DNA from: an uncultured Bacilli bacterium
Lineage (GTDB): Bacteria > Bacillota_I > Bacilli_A > RF39 > UBA660
Reading direction: 5' to 3'
Assembly (NCBI GenBank): GCA_944372205.1
Contig: CALVYM010000003.1
Coordinates: forward strand, 1 to 35,374
DNA length: 35,374 nucleotides
Positions 26,802 through 35,374 of the stretch are shown in pieces; the stretch's first letter is position 1; each line of letters starts with the position of its first letter. Below the pieces are notes generated by a model. It saw only the letters and a program-made list of their open reading frames with translations, was not told where the DNA came from and searched no databases. The position numbers and the translations under genes are program-made.

Positions 26802-27338
26802 CTACTTTTGACTATTTTTTACATTATCAGACAAATTTAAACCATTTTCCTTTAAAATTTGAGTAATTTTTCGTTGATTTTTAGCTATTTCTAACATTTG
26901 TTCATGTAAAACTTCTAAAATAAGTTCACTTTTTAAATCAATTCGATAATCATTTTTATTTCTTAAACTTTCTTTTTTAGCTTCCCTATTTTGACTCATC
27001 ATAATAATTGGTGCTTGCAAAGCAGCAATACATGATAAAACTAAATTAAGAAGTATAAACGGAAATGAATCAAAACCATCTAAATACTCATTTAAAAACA
27101 TCCAAAAGAACAGAAAAAGAACAAATGTTATTATAAATGGCCATGATCCAATTATAGAAGTTACTACATCTGCAAGTTTATCCCAAAAAGTTCTTTTTTC
27201 ATCTTCCAATTTATCAATATCAATAGCTAGTGGTTCATCAATAAGCATCTCGATTAATTCTGATTCATCATCAGTTTTTAAGTCTTCATTTAATAATTGT
27301 TTGACAATTTCTTTTTTTCTTGCTTTATCATCATTCAA
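26802..27338 (-). CDS. DUF1003 membrane protein
   Basis: GSWPFI...FPFILLNLVLSCIAALQAPIIMMSQNR signature. Confidence 0.9.
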   Translation of the reverse strand: MNDDKARKKEIVKQLLNEDLKTDDESELIEMLIDEPLAIDIDKLEDEKRTFWDKLADVVTSIIGSWPFIITFVLFLFFWMFLNEYLDGFDSFPFILLNLVLSCIAALQAPIIMMSQNREAKKESLRNKNDYRIDLKSELILEVLHEQMLEIAKNQRKITQILKENGLNLSDNVKNSQK

Positions 27339-27995
27339 TTAGGCACTCTCCATATTCAAATTAAAACGATAATGGCCCACTATTTTTTTTCTAGTTAAAC
27401 CATCTTCTTCATAATTATGATACCCATCATGATGAATAATATAACTAATTCCTTTATTGTTTCTTTTATCACTAACAATTCCAATATGATCTTCATACAC
27501 AACTATGTCTCCGCCTTGCCAAGCAGTATAATCACTGGCATCTGTTGTTAGTTTTTCAGTATATTTATCGAGAAACACTTTAATATTTTTAACCCTTCTA
27601 AAATCGATATTAGAATCAATTTGATCTATATCATAATCACTTTGATTATTTTTAATATCTTCATCAATCATTTCCTTAAACTCATATCCGGCCTCACTTA
27701 GAGCATACCAAATTAAATCAGTACAAACATAATTGCCATCATCGGGATAACCAGAAGCATAATAAGCACTTTTATAATTTGGCTTCATTGCAATGAAACT
27801 TCTTGCACCATTTAAAATATCAGTATAATCATCTATGCCATCGGAATCTTTATCAACAGAACTTTTTATAAATTCTACTTCAATATCTGATACTTTCCAT
27901 TTATCTAAATAACCTAGTTCATTTAAGCAAATTATTGTTAATAACAAAATTAGGAATAATACTAAAAGATGACCAAATTGCAAGAAAAACTTCAT
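27339..27995 (-). CDS. DUF1287 (YijF-like) exported protein
   Basis: YYASGYP, VCTDL, DSNIDFRRVKN, WQGGDIV, HIGIVSD, GHYR motifs. Confidence 0.85.
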   Translation of the reverse strand: MKFFLQFGHLLVLFLILLLTIICLNELGYLDKWKVSDIEVEFIKSSVDKDSDGIDDYTDILNGARSFIAMKPNYKSAYYASGYPDDGNYVCTDLIWYALSEAGYEFKEMIDEDIKNNQSDYDIDQIDSNIDFRRVKNIKVFLDKYTEKLTTDASDYTAWQGGDIVVYEDHIGIVSDKRNNKGISYIIHHDGYHNYEEDGLTRKKIVGHYRFNLNMESA

Positions 27996-28804
27996 TTTTC
28001 CTCCTTAATACGAAGTAAAAACTTAGAAGCTATGCTATCTTTATCTCTATTTTTAACATAGAAAAAACCAATGATACAATAAATAACTGCTCCGATAAAG
28101 TTTACTCCAAGATCTTCCATAGTATCAATTAAACCTATGTCTAAATAACCATCATTAATAACATAAGTTGTACCATCACCAGTAGTTATAGCAGATGAAG
28201 ATATATCATTTATATGAATAGCGATGTTTTCTCCCGTCTCATTTAATGAAACCGAAGATATATTTTCAACAAGAGTATCTTTTTGCATATCTGAGTGTAA
28301 ATAAACATCACTTCCATATTCAAAGAATTCCCATAAAACTCCGATTGTCATAGAAAAACAAAAACCTACAAAAGCCACAAAGAAAGGAGATAAATTTAAA
28401 TGAAACTTCTCAGTTCTATTTAATATATCAATTAATGAAAAGCCAATGGCTGCACATAAAAAGCCATTAATAGTATGAAGTATTGTATCCCAATGACTAA
28501 ATATATTAAAGAAATTTTGCATTTCTCCTAAAAATTCTGCCGCAAAGACAAATAGAAATATAACTATTTCTAAAGTCTCAGGCATCTCAATATTAAACTT
28601 TTTTTCAATAAAACCAGGAACTAAAAATAAAATTAATGTTAGTATACAAAAAAAAGCATTTTCATAATTACCACGAATTAATTGTAAAACTAAAGTAACT
28701 AATATCAAAAAACGCAAAATCACATAAACAATAAATGCTTTTTTATGATGTTTCATTTCATGTTTAATTTCTTTTCTTAAATTTCTTTTTTTCTTTTTTT
28801 CCAC
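27992..28804 (-). CDS. Polytopic membrane protein (DUF2238/YjdF-like)
   Basis: WDTILH, GVLWEFFEY, GLIDTMEDL motifs; several TMs. Confidence 0.7.
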   Translation of the reverse strand: MEKKKKRNLRKEIKHEMKHHKKAFIVYVILRFLILVTLVLQLIRGNYENAFFCILTLILFLVPGFIEKKFNIEMPETLEIVIFLFVFAAEFLGEMQNFFNIFSHWDTILHTINGFLCAAIGFSLIDILNRTEKFHLNLSPFFVAFVGFCFSMTIGVLWEFFEYGSDVYLHSDMQKDTLVENISSVSLNETGENIAIHINDISSSAITTGDGTTYVINDGYLDIGLIDTMEDLGVNFIGAVIYCIIGFFYVKNRDKDSIASKFLLRIKEEK

Positions 28805-28913
28805 TTTTTACACCATCCACAATAAGTATAACATATTAATTATTTTAAAACAACTTAACTAAATTGGTTAAATTTACGAGGTAAAAACGAGATAAAGCAT
28901 ATTTGACAAAACA

Positions 28914-28938
28914 AAAAGCCCGTAAATACGAGCTAAAA
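28914..28938 (-). terminator. Terminator-like hairpin after the tRNA pair
   Basis: Minus strand agctcgta-tt-tacgggct followed by TTTT. Confidence 0.65.
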
Positions 28939-28946
28939 TACTTAAA

Positions 28947-29023
28947 TGGTCGAGAAGACAGGATTTGAACCTGCAACCCCTACATCCCAAATGTAGTGCA
29001 CTACCAAATTGTGCTACTTCTCG
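28947..29023 (-). tRNA. tRNA-Pro(TGG)
   Basis: CGAGAAG acceptor stem, CTACA-TT-TGG-GA-TGTAG anticodon arm, GGTTCAAATCC, encoded CCA. Confidence 0.97.
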
Positions 29024-29036
29024 TTATCTTAAAAAA

Positions 29037-29113
29037 TGGTACGCCCAAAGGGATTCGAACCCCCAACCTCTAGATCCGTAGTCTAGCGCTCTATCCAGTT
29101 GAGCTATGGGCGC
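29037..29113 (-). tRNA. tRNA-Arg(ACG)
   Basis: GCGCCCA acceptor stem, CTAGA-CT-ACG-GA-TCTAG anticodon arm, GGTTCGAATCC, encoded CCA. Promoter TTGCAT-N17-TATAAT at 29163-29135. Confidence 0.97.
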
Positions 29114-29226
29114 AGAACTCTTTAGTGCATTATAATTATATTACACAATAAGCAAAAATGCAACCATTTTTGCTTAATTTTAGCTAAAAGCACTGTTGGA
29201 GGTTCGTTTTGGTTAAAATATAATTT

Positions 29227-31785
29227 TTACACCCCTAAAGTAATATGTTTTTTCTTTAATATGTATTTTCTTAAGAAGTCTACTGGAAATACTGTTAGTG
29301 CTAACAAAAATACTAATATAAGTTCATTTAATTCAAGACCATAAGTTCTAAATACATCACCACCATTATAAATAATATAAAGTTGGGCAATAAAGATAAA
29401 ACTAAATATTAAAACAAATACTTTATTTTTAGATAAATTAGCTAGTATATTAATTCTTGAAGTTCTAGCATTAAAAGCATTAAATATTCCCATGAATATA
29501 AACATTGCAAAGTAAGCGGTCATTAAATATTCATTATTTTCACTAGGTCTAATAAATTCTCTTACTATAGGAAGTTTTAAAAATAAAATACAAATTATTG
29601 CACAATATAGACCCGTCCAGATAATTTCACTATACATATATTTATTCATAATTGGAGTATTCTTTTTCTTTGGTGGTTCTTCCATGTATTCAGCAAGTGG
29701 TGCTTCATATGAGAAGGCTATTCCAGAGAATGTATCCATAATCATATTAAGCCAAAGCATTTGCACTATAGTAATTGGAGTAGATATTCCAATTAAAGAA
29801 CCAATAATTGATAAAATTAAAGCACAAGTATTAACAGTTAATTGATAAATTATGAATTTTCTAATACTTTTAAAAATAGTTCTACCATATAAAATAGCTT
29901 TACTAATAGACATGATATTATCATCAAGTATCACAATATCAGCCGCTTCTTTAGCAACATCAGTTCCACTTCCCATAGCAAAACCAACATTAGCTTTCTT
30001 CAGGGCTGGTGCATCATTTACACCATCTCCAGTCATACCAACAACTAAAGACATATCTTCAAGTATATTTACCAAACGACTTTTATCACTTGGAAGAGCT
30101 CTCGCAATAACTCGAATATTACTTAGTTTTTCTTTTACTTCTTCATCACTCATGCGCGCAAGATCACTGCTAGTTAAAAGAATTTCTTTATCACTTGTGA
30201 TTAGACCAACCTCTTTAGCAATAGATGTTGCAGTATCTATTGCATCCCCTGTAATCATAATTGTTTGCACTCCTGCACTTTTAATAAGTTTAATACCTTC
30301 TGTTGCTTCACGCCTTAATTCATCTTTAATATTAACAAAACCTAAAAATGTTAAATTATCCATACTTTTGCCATATGCAAATACTAAAACTCTACCAGAC
30401 TTTTTTGTATATTCTTCTATTTTTCTTTTTATAATTGAAGAAGAAAATAACTTGCTTTCTTTATTATTACTATTTAATATATTCCTACATTTAGGTAAAA
30501 TAACTTCCATAGCTCCTTTAATTAAAATGGTTTTATCATCTAAAGTAATACTGCTATATTTTTTAGCACTATCAAATTCTTCTCTTTTAATAATTTTAGC
30601 ATTTATACTACTGTTAATCGTAATATATTCTAATATTGCTCTATCAGTAGAGTTTCCCCCGATTACTTTAGTATCACTAATCATACTAGCATTATTATAA
30701 AATAAAGACTTATAAACTAACTCATAAATAGGATATTTTTTTAAAGTATTAAAATCTTTAAATATTTTAAAATCTCCACTAACAAATTCGGTTACTTTAA
30801 GGGTTCCAGTTGTAAGTGTTCCGGTTTTATCGGTAAGTAGTACATTTAGGCTGCCTGCTGTTTCAATACCTACTAGTTTTCGCACTAATACATTATCCTT
30901 AAGCATTTTTTTCATGTTGCTTGATAAAACTAAAGTAATCATCATGGGAAGACCTTCAGGAACAGCTACAACTATAATTGTCACTGATAAAGTTAGAGCA
31001 TATAATAAATGATTAAACATTACTGGAAAGTCAGTTAGTGTTGCCATAATTAAATCATAATCAAAGTTATTATCAATGACTATATTAGCAAATAGGTAAG
31101 ATATACTTGCAAGAATTGCACCACAATATCCTATTTTACTAATAGTTTTGGCAAGTCCTCTTAATTTTAATCTTAAAGGACTTTCGGGAATATCTTCTTG
31201 CAACTCTTGAGAAATTTTACCCATAATGGTTTTATCTCCAACTAATTCTACTTGCATTTTGGCATTACCATTATATACAACTGACCCCCGATATACTTTG
31301 CTATTAATTTTCTTTTTAGCTTCTTTTGATTCTCCATTTAAAGCTGATTCATCAACTGACAAATTACCACTAATAAGTACTCCATCAGCAGGAATTTTAT
31401 CACCACTATTTAAAATTACAATATCTCCCACAACAACTTCTCCAGTAGTTATTTCAACCACTTTGCCATTTCTAATAACTTTTACTTTACCCTTTAATGC
31501 ATCACTTTGCAAACGATTAAAAGCTTGCTCTGAACCATATTCGGAGATAGTAGAAATAAATGATGCTAAAAATATTGCGATTAAAATCCCAATTGTTTCA
31601 AACCAATCAAAATGTCTAAATAAAACTATGACCTTAATAGCTAAAGCAATAAGTAAAATTTTGATGATTGGATCAGCAAAAGATTCAAGCAATAAATGCC
31701 AAAAAGTATTCTTTTTAGCCTCTGTTATTTCATTTGTTCCATATTCTGTTCTGCTTTTAATTACTTCATTATCACTAAGTCCCAT
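29227..31785 (-). CDS. Calcium-translocating P-type ATPase (P2 family)
   Basis: VPEGLP, DKTGTLT, KGA, MITGD, MTGDGVNDAPAL, QMLWLNMIMD; start set at ATG 31785 (SD GGGAGG). Confidence 0.95.
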   Translation of the reverse strand: MGLSDNEVIKSRTEYGTNEITEAKKNTFWHLLLESFADPIIKILLIALAIKVIVLFRHFDWFETIGILIAIFLASFISTISEYGSEQAFNRLQSDALKGKVKVIRNGKVVEITTGEVVVGDIVILNSGDKIPADGVLISGNLSVDESALNGESKEAKKKINSKVYRGSVVYNGNAKMQVELVGDKTIMGKISQELQEDIPESPLRLKLRGLAKTISKIGYCGAILASISYLFANIVIDNNFDYDLIMATLTDFPVMFNHLLYALTLSVTIIVVAVPEGLPMMITLVLSSNMKKMLKDNVLVRKLVGIETAGSLNVLLTDKTGTLTTGTLKVTEFVSGDFKIFKDFNTLKKYPIYELVYKSLFYNNASMISDTKVIGGNSTDRAILEYITINSSINAKIIKREEFDSAKKYSSITLDDKTILIKGAMEVILPKCRNILNSNNKESKLFSSSIIKRKIEEYTKKSGRVLVFAYGKSMDNLTFLGFVNIKDELRREATEGIKLIKSAGVQTIMITGDAIDTATSIAKEVGLITSDKEILLTSSDLARMSDEEVKEKLSNIRVIARALPSDKSRLVNILEDMSLVVGMTGDGVNDAPALKKANVGFAMGSGTDVAKEAADIVILDDNIMSISKAILYGRTIFKSIRKFIIYQLTVNTCALILSIIGSLIGISTPITIVQMLWLNMIMDTFSGIAFSYEAPLAEYMEEPPKKKNTPIMNKYMYSEIIWTGLYCAIICILFLKLPIVREFIRPSENNEYLMTAYFAMFIFMGIFNAFNARTSRINILANLSKNKVFVLIFSFIFIAQLYIIYNGGDVFRTYGLELNELILVFLLALTVFPVDFLRKYILKKKHITLGV

Positions 31786-31801
31786 ATGCTTGTCCTCCCA
31801 A

Positions 31802-31816
31802 AACAAGTATATGAAT
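31802..31816. repeat. Direct repeat copy 1 (aacaagtatatgaat)
   Basis: Identical to 35360-35374. Confidence 0.8.
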
Positions 31817-31903
31817 CTTAATTTAAAAAAATGTAGATTTTATATTTTATTTCAATATTATAAAATATTTATTTTAGAATTTTAACCAATTTATAATAAA
31901 GTC

Positions 31904-32533
31904 TTAATATTTATATTTATATATCACTTGTTTAAAGTTAAATTTTACGATTATTCCTATTAATAATAAAATTGTTATAAGGATTTCAATATAAATATTT
32001 ATATTCAAAAACAAATAAAGCAATATCAAAAGTAGAGATAAAAATTTAAAAATGGTTTTAGAACAAGTAATGATAATAACAGTAAAAGAAACAATTATAT
32101 AAAATAAAATGTTATTAAAATAAAATGAAATAGATAACGGCATTTCTCTAAAAAACTGACAATAAAGTATACCAAATAAAACATATTGTATAATTTTATA
32201 TAAAAATACAATTACTACAATATAAATAGTTTTTTGTATTATCCATGTCTTAGAGTTTTCTCTCAATACTATTTGAAAAGGAAAATTCACAATTTCATAG
32301 TTCAAATATTTATACACCCAAATAACTAAATAAGATATATTTAATAATAATAATAAAATGGCAAAATGGTCATTTGAATTTGTTATTCCAAAAATGTATT
32401 TATAATATGAAAAATTGTATTGATTAAAAACAATAAATATAAAAAAATATACTATTAACGATAAACAAAAAAATAAATTAACAGTAATTAAAGATTTAAT
32501 TACATTAATCAAAATTTTTAATTGTAGTTTCAT
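31904..32533 (-). CDS. Polytopic membrane protein (ABC permease/immunity-like)
   Basis: About 5-6 TMs; ATGA-coupled in the ABC operon. Confidence 0.7.
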   Translation of the reverse strand: MKLQLKILINVIKSLITVNLFFCLSLIVYFFIFIVFNQYNFSYYKYIFGITNSNDHFAILLLLLNISYLVIWVYKYLNYEIVNFPFQIVLRENSKTWIIQKTIYIVVIVFLYKIIQYVLFGILYCQFFREMPLSISFYFNNILFYIIVSFTVIIITCSKTIFKFLSLLLILLYLFLNINIYIEILITILLLIGIIVKFNFKQVIYKYKY

Positions 32534-33240
32534 TCTAAGATATCACCTCTATGTTTTAATCCCAAAAATCTAAATATAGAAATAATAACAAAAATTATAC
32601 TAATAAACAAAATAAATGTTATAATATCATGTAAAAAAGTAGCATATTGATTATATGATAAATAATCTATAAAATTAATAGAAAAATGTTTAATCTCCGA
32701 AATTACAAAATTTTCTTGATATTGACTAATTAAAGTACAAAAAACTAGAATTAAACTATAGAATGCAATGCCATAATATTTAAAAACAATATAAATAAAA
32801 ATGGCTAAAATAGAAAAGAGAACACACAATATGACTAATTTAAGTGCATAATAAATCACAATTATTAAAAAATTAAATCCATAAAAATTGGTTGGCATGG
32901 TATAATTGTTAAAACACCCAAAAATCGAAATTGCTATAATCAATATAAAAAATATTAATAATATTTTTAAGTTAGATTTAATACATTCAATTATAAGTTT
33001 TTTATAATACATTTGCATATCTTTTAACCTGCATAAATACAGATAATTATTATTAATATCCTTTATAATATCAATAACATTGTAAATTAATACTCCTATT
33101 AATATTAATATTGTTCCAAGATAAGAAAAAGAACTTAATAACATTGTAAAAAAATCATATTGTCCCCCGCCGTAGCTTATACAAAATACAATGCCTCCTA
33201 AAAGGAGCATTAAAAATTTAACTTTTATATTTTTTTCCAT
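32530..33240 (-). CDS. Polytopic membrane protein (ABC permease-like)
   Basis: About 6 TMs; directly abuts the ATPase stop. Confidence 0.7.
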   Translation of the reverse strand: MEKNIKVKFLMLLLGGIVFCISYGGGQYDFFTMLLSSFSYLGTILILIGVLIYNVIDIIKDINNNYLYLCRLKDMQMYYKKLIIECIKSNLKILLIFFILIIAISIFGCFNNYTMPTNFYGFNFLIIVIYYALKLVILCVLFSILAIFIYIVFKYYGIAFYSLILVFCTLISQYQENFVISEIKHFSINFIDYLSYNQYATFLHDIITFILFISIIFVIISIFRFLGLKHRGDILE

Positions 33241-33876
33241 TTATATCACTTTTTTCTTACATGTTCCATTATCAAAATAATATACTTCATCACAAACTTT
33301 TTGGATTTCTTCAAAAATATGACTACTAATAATTATTATTTTGTTCTTTTTAATTTTTAATAAATAATCAAATAATTTTTCTTTGCTTTTATCATCAATA
33401 CCATTAAAAGGTTCATCTAGAATCATTATTTTTGGATCTTCCATTAAAACACTTGCTACGCCTAATTTTTGCTTCATTCCCATTGAATATTCATGAAATT
33501 TTTTATCTTTATCATCATATAAATTAACTAATTTCAATGTGTTATTTATTTGGTCTTCATCTATTAAATTTTGAATATTAGCCAATAATTTCAAATTTTC
33601 AAAACCGCTTATATCTGGAAGAAAAGATGGTTTCTCTATAAATGCTCTTAAATTTGGAGGAAAATCGTTTCCATTATTGTAATTTACACCATTAATAAGT
33701 ACTTCTCCACAAGTCGGAATATAAAAGGCACAAATAATTTTTAATAAAACACTTTTTCCACTACCGTTTGGCCCAACAAAACCATAAATTTTTCCTTCCT
33801 TAAGCTTTAAATTAATATCTTTTAAGACTAAAGTATCTTTAAATTGTTTTGACAAATTGTTTACAATTATTTCCAA
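33241..33876 (-). CDS. ABC transporter ATP-binding protein
   Basis: Walker A GPNGSGKS, signature YSMGMKQK, Walker B ILDEP, SSH switch; TTG start. Confidence 0.95.
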   Translation of the reverse strand: MEIIVNNLSKQFKDTLVLKDINLKLKEGKIYGFVGPNGSGKSVLLKIICAFYIPTCGEVLINGVNYNNGNDFPPNLRAFIEKPSFLPDISGFENLKLLANIQNLIDEDQINNTLKLVNLYDDKDKKFHEYSMGMKQKLGVASVLMEDPKIMILDEPFNGIDDKSKEKLFDYLLKIKKNKIIIISSHIFEEIQKVCDEVYYFDNGTCKKKVI

Positions 33877-33896
33877 AATATATCCTAACTCCTTTC

Positions 33897-34796
33897 TTAA
33901 TTGTTTTTTTCACAATCAATTATAAACTTTTCTTTATTTTTATATGCAATTATCAATATCACGAGAGATATAATAACTAAGCACAATGGCAAAAAAATCA
34001 TTTCAAAAACATTTTTAGCATATCCAATATTTAAAATGTTTACTATATTAAATCTGGAAGAAAAAGTATTATATAAAACATTACTTAAAATAAAGCCAAA
34101 CATTAATTCTATTATAATATCTATTATAATAAAAGCTAACAAACTTTCAATTATCACTATGACTATGTTGTGATTTTTTCTTGCAATTATTAAACCAATA
34201 TTAATAAAAAACATAAAAAACATAAATATAGAAAGTATATATAAAATAATGTATAAAACAGGATTCATATCTACATAAAAAGAATAGTAACCACCTGAAT
34301 TAATTATGTATGAATAATTAAAATGTCCAGAATATAAACACGAAAAAATGAATAACAATAATAGTGGAATAAATAAAACCCAAAACTTTTTATAACAGTT
34401 TAATATAGTTTTTTTTATAAAATTAGAATAATTCTCTCTTTCTAAAATATTATTAGTCATCTTAGATTTACATAGTTTGCAAAAATATAACAAAGATGAT
34501 AAACCGATTAATATTATTAATACATAATTAATCCAATTGATTTTTGAAGACATCAAGGTTGTAAAAAAAACCGTAAATATATCTGCTGTCATAATTTCTT
34601 TATTATTGTGATTTGCAATTAAATAGTTGCATCTATCGTTATCTATACTTTGTTCAATACAATATAAATAAGTGCGTTCACTGGATGCATACATACTATT
34701 AAAATCTTTTGTAATTAATATAAATGCTATGAGCAAAATAATTACAAGAAAAAACATAATAATTATGCTAATATAATTTTTTTTGATAAACTCCAT
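33897..34796 (-). CDS. ABC permease-like membrane protein
   Basis: About 6 TMs with an extracellular Cys-pair loop; SD GGAGG. Confidence 0.75.
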   Translation of the reverse strand: MEFIKKNYISIIIMFFLVIILLIAFILITKDFNSMYASSERTYLYCIEQSIDNDRCNYLIANHNNKEIMTADIFTVFFTTLMSSKINWINYVLIILIGLSSLLYFCKLCKSKMTNNILERENYSNFIKKTILNCYKKFWVLFIPLLLLFIFSCLYSGHFNYSYIINSGGYYSFYVDMNPVLYIILYILSIFMFFMFFINIGLIIARKNHNIVIVIIESLLAFIIIDIIIELMFGFILSNVLYNTFSSRFNIVNILNIGYAKNVFEMIFLPLCLVIISLVILIIAYKNKEKFIIDCEKNN

Positions 34797-34832
34797 AATT
34801 CCTCCATAAAATAAGAGAGGGAGAAAATATTA

Positions 34833-35270
34833 TTAAAATGATGGCTTAGTTATGTTTATATACCAGGTTCCTGAATGAGTTGTTTTTATAATTCCTGGAT
34901 TTACACGCCAAAGTTTTACAAAATAATTACCAGCCACTGCTGAATCCGCCATGTTTTTTAATTCTCCTTTAACAGTAGTTGTAGAAGATATCTTAGCATC
35001 TACATTGTCTAATTCCTCATACAAATCTGTGCTGACAATACAATCTGTACAATCAGGAGACATAAATGTAGTAGATCCAACATGATAGTATTGCTGTTCA
35101 ATCGAATTTATTTTTGTTCTTCTATCACTAGTGTATTTAGATTTATCGGACTTAAGTTCTACTCCAGCAAATGTTGTTGAACCAGGTTGCAAATATGCTT
35201 GTACACCTGTAGCAGATATTATAATAGTTATGGTTAATATAACTAATGATAATACCATATATTTTTTCAT
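34833..35270 (-). CDS. Secreted protein with Sec signal peptide heading the ABC operon
   Basis: MKKYMVLSLVILTITIIISATGVQA|YLQ...; CTDC motif; C-terminal HSGTWY. Start moved to ATG 35270 (SD AAAGGAG). Confidence 0.8.
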   Translation of the reverse strand: MKKYMVLSLVILTITIIISATGVQAYLQPGSTTFAGVELKSDKSKYTSDRRTKINSIEQQYYHVGSTTFMSPDCTDCIVSTDLYEELDNVDAKISSTTTVKGELKNMADSAVAGNYFVKLWRVNPGIIKTTHSGTWYINITKPSF

Positions 35271-35359
35271 TATACTTTCTCCTTTCCATATAATAAATAA
35301 ACTATAATACTTATACTCCCTCCATTTTAATAATAACATATAATTATAAAAAAAACAAT

Positions 35360-35374
35360 AACAAGTATATGAAT
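35360..35374. repeat. Direct repeat copy 2 (aacaagtatatgaat), ends at the window edge
   Basis: Identical to 31802-31816. Confidence 0.8.

Noticed and set aside
28860-31893. 13-bp inverted match taaattggttaaa (28860-28872) / tttaaccaattta (31881-31893)
   Set aside because: Short, AT-rich and flanking core genes; likely chance.
1133-34173. Shadow ORFs in the track (e.g. 1133+, 3802+, 4758+, 5502+, 7062+, 11121+, 12458+, 18070-21450 short ORFs, 24329+, 29852+, 31226+, 33901+, and 19922-/20351- alternative frames)
   Set aside because: They overlap well-supported genes in antisense or alternative frames, have no evident SD and no recognisable motifs.
1-35374. Mycoplasma-type genetic code 4
   Set aside because: TGA acts as a stop at natural gene ends (tkt, ATGA overlaps) and genes are intact under code 11.

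Overview
Chromosomal window from a very AT-rich, genome-reduced Bacillota (Bacilli; gene content resembles uncultured RF39-type gut lineages, an inference), genetic code 11, with most genes on the minus strand. The backbone follows Bacillus-like synteny: ezrA-iscS-thiI, spoIIIAH/gerE/gerM, efp/rpmG, pbpA/yqfT/nfo, ylbD-ylbE, parE-parC, tkt-sirA-yneF, three tRNAs and a P-type Ca2+-ATPase. Accessory genes are interspersed: an ECF sigma/anti-sigma pair, SipW-type, VirB2-like and type IV pilin-like surface proteins, an Rpn PD-(D/E)XK nuclease, a Fic protein and a secreted-protein + ABC cassette. The most interesting signals are non-coding. (1) The Rpn gene and sirA share an identically spaced tandem Spo0A-box / extended -10 promoter, and rpn has a nested promoter and SD. 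(2) An unannotated type I toxin-antitoxin-like locus at 2013-2309 sits next to a three-box Spo0A array. (3) A palindromic operator lies inside the promoters of two surface-protein genes, one of which is tandemly duplicated. (4) Three 12-bp repeats abut the fic promoter. (5) A >=15-bp direct repeat brackets the terminal ABC cassette. All family calls come from motif recognition and synteny, not database searches.
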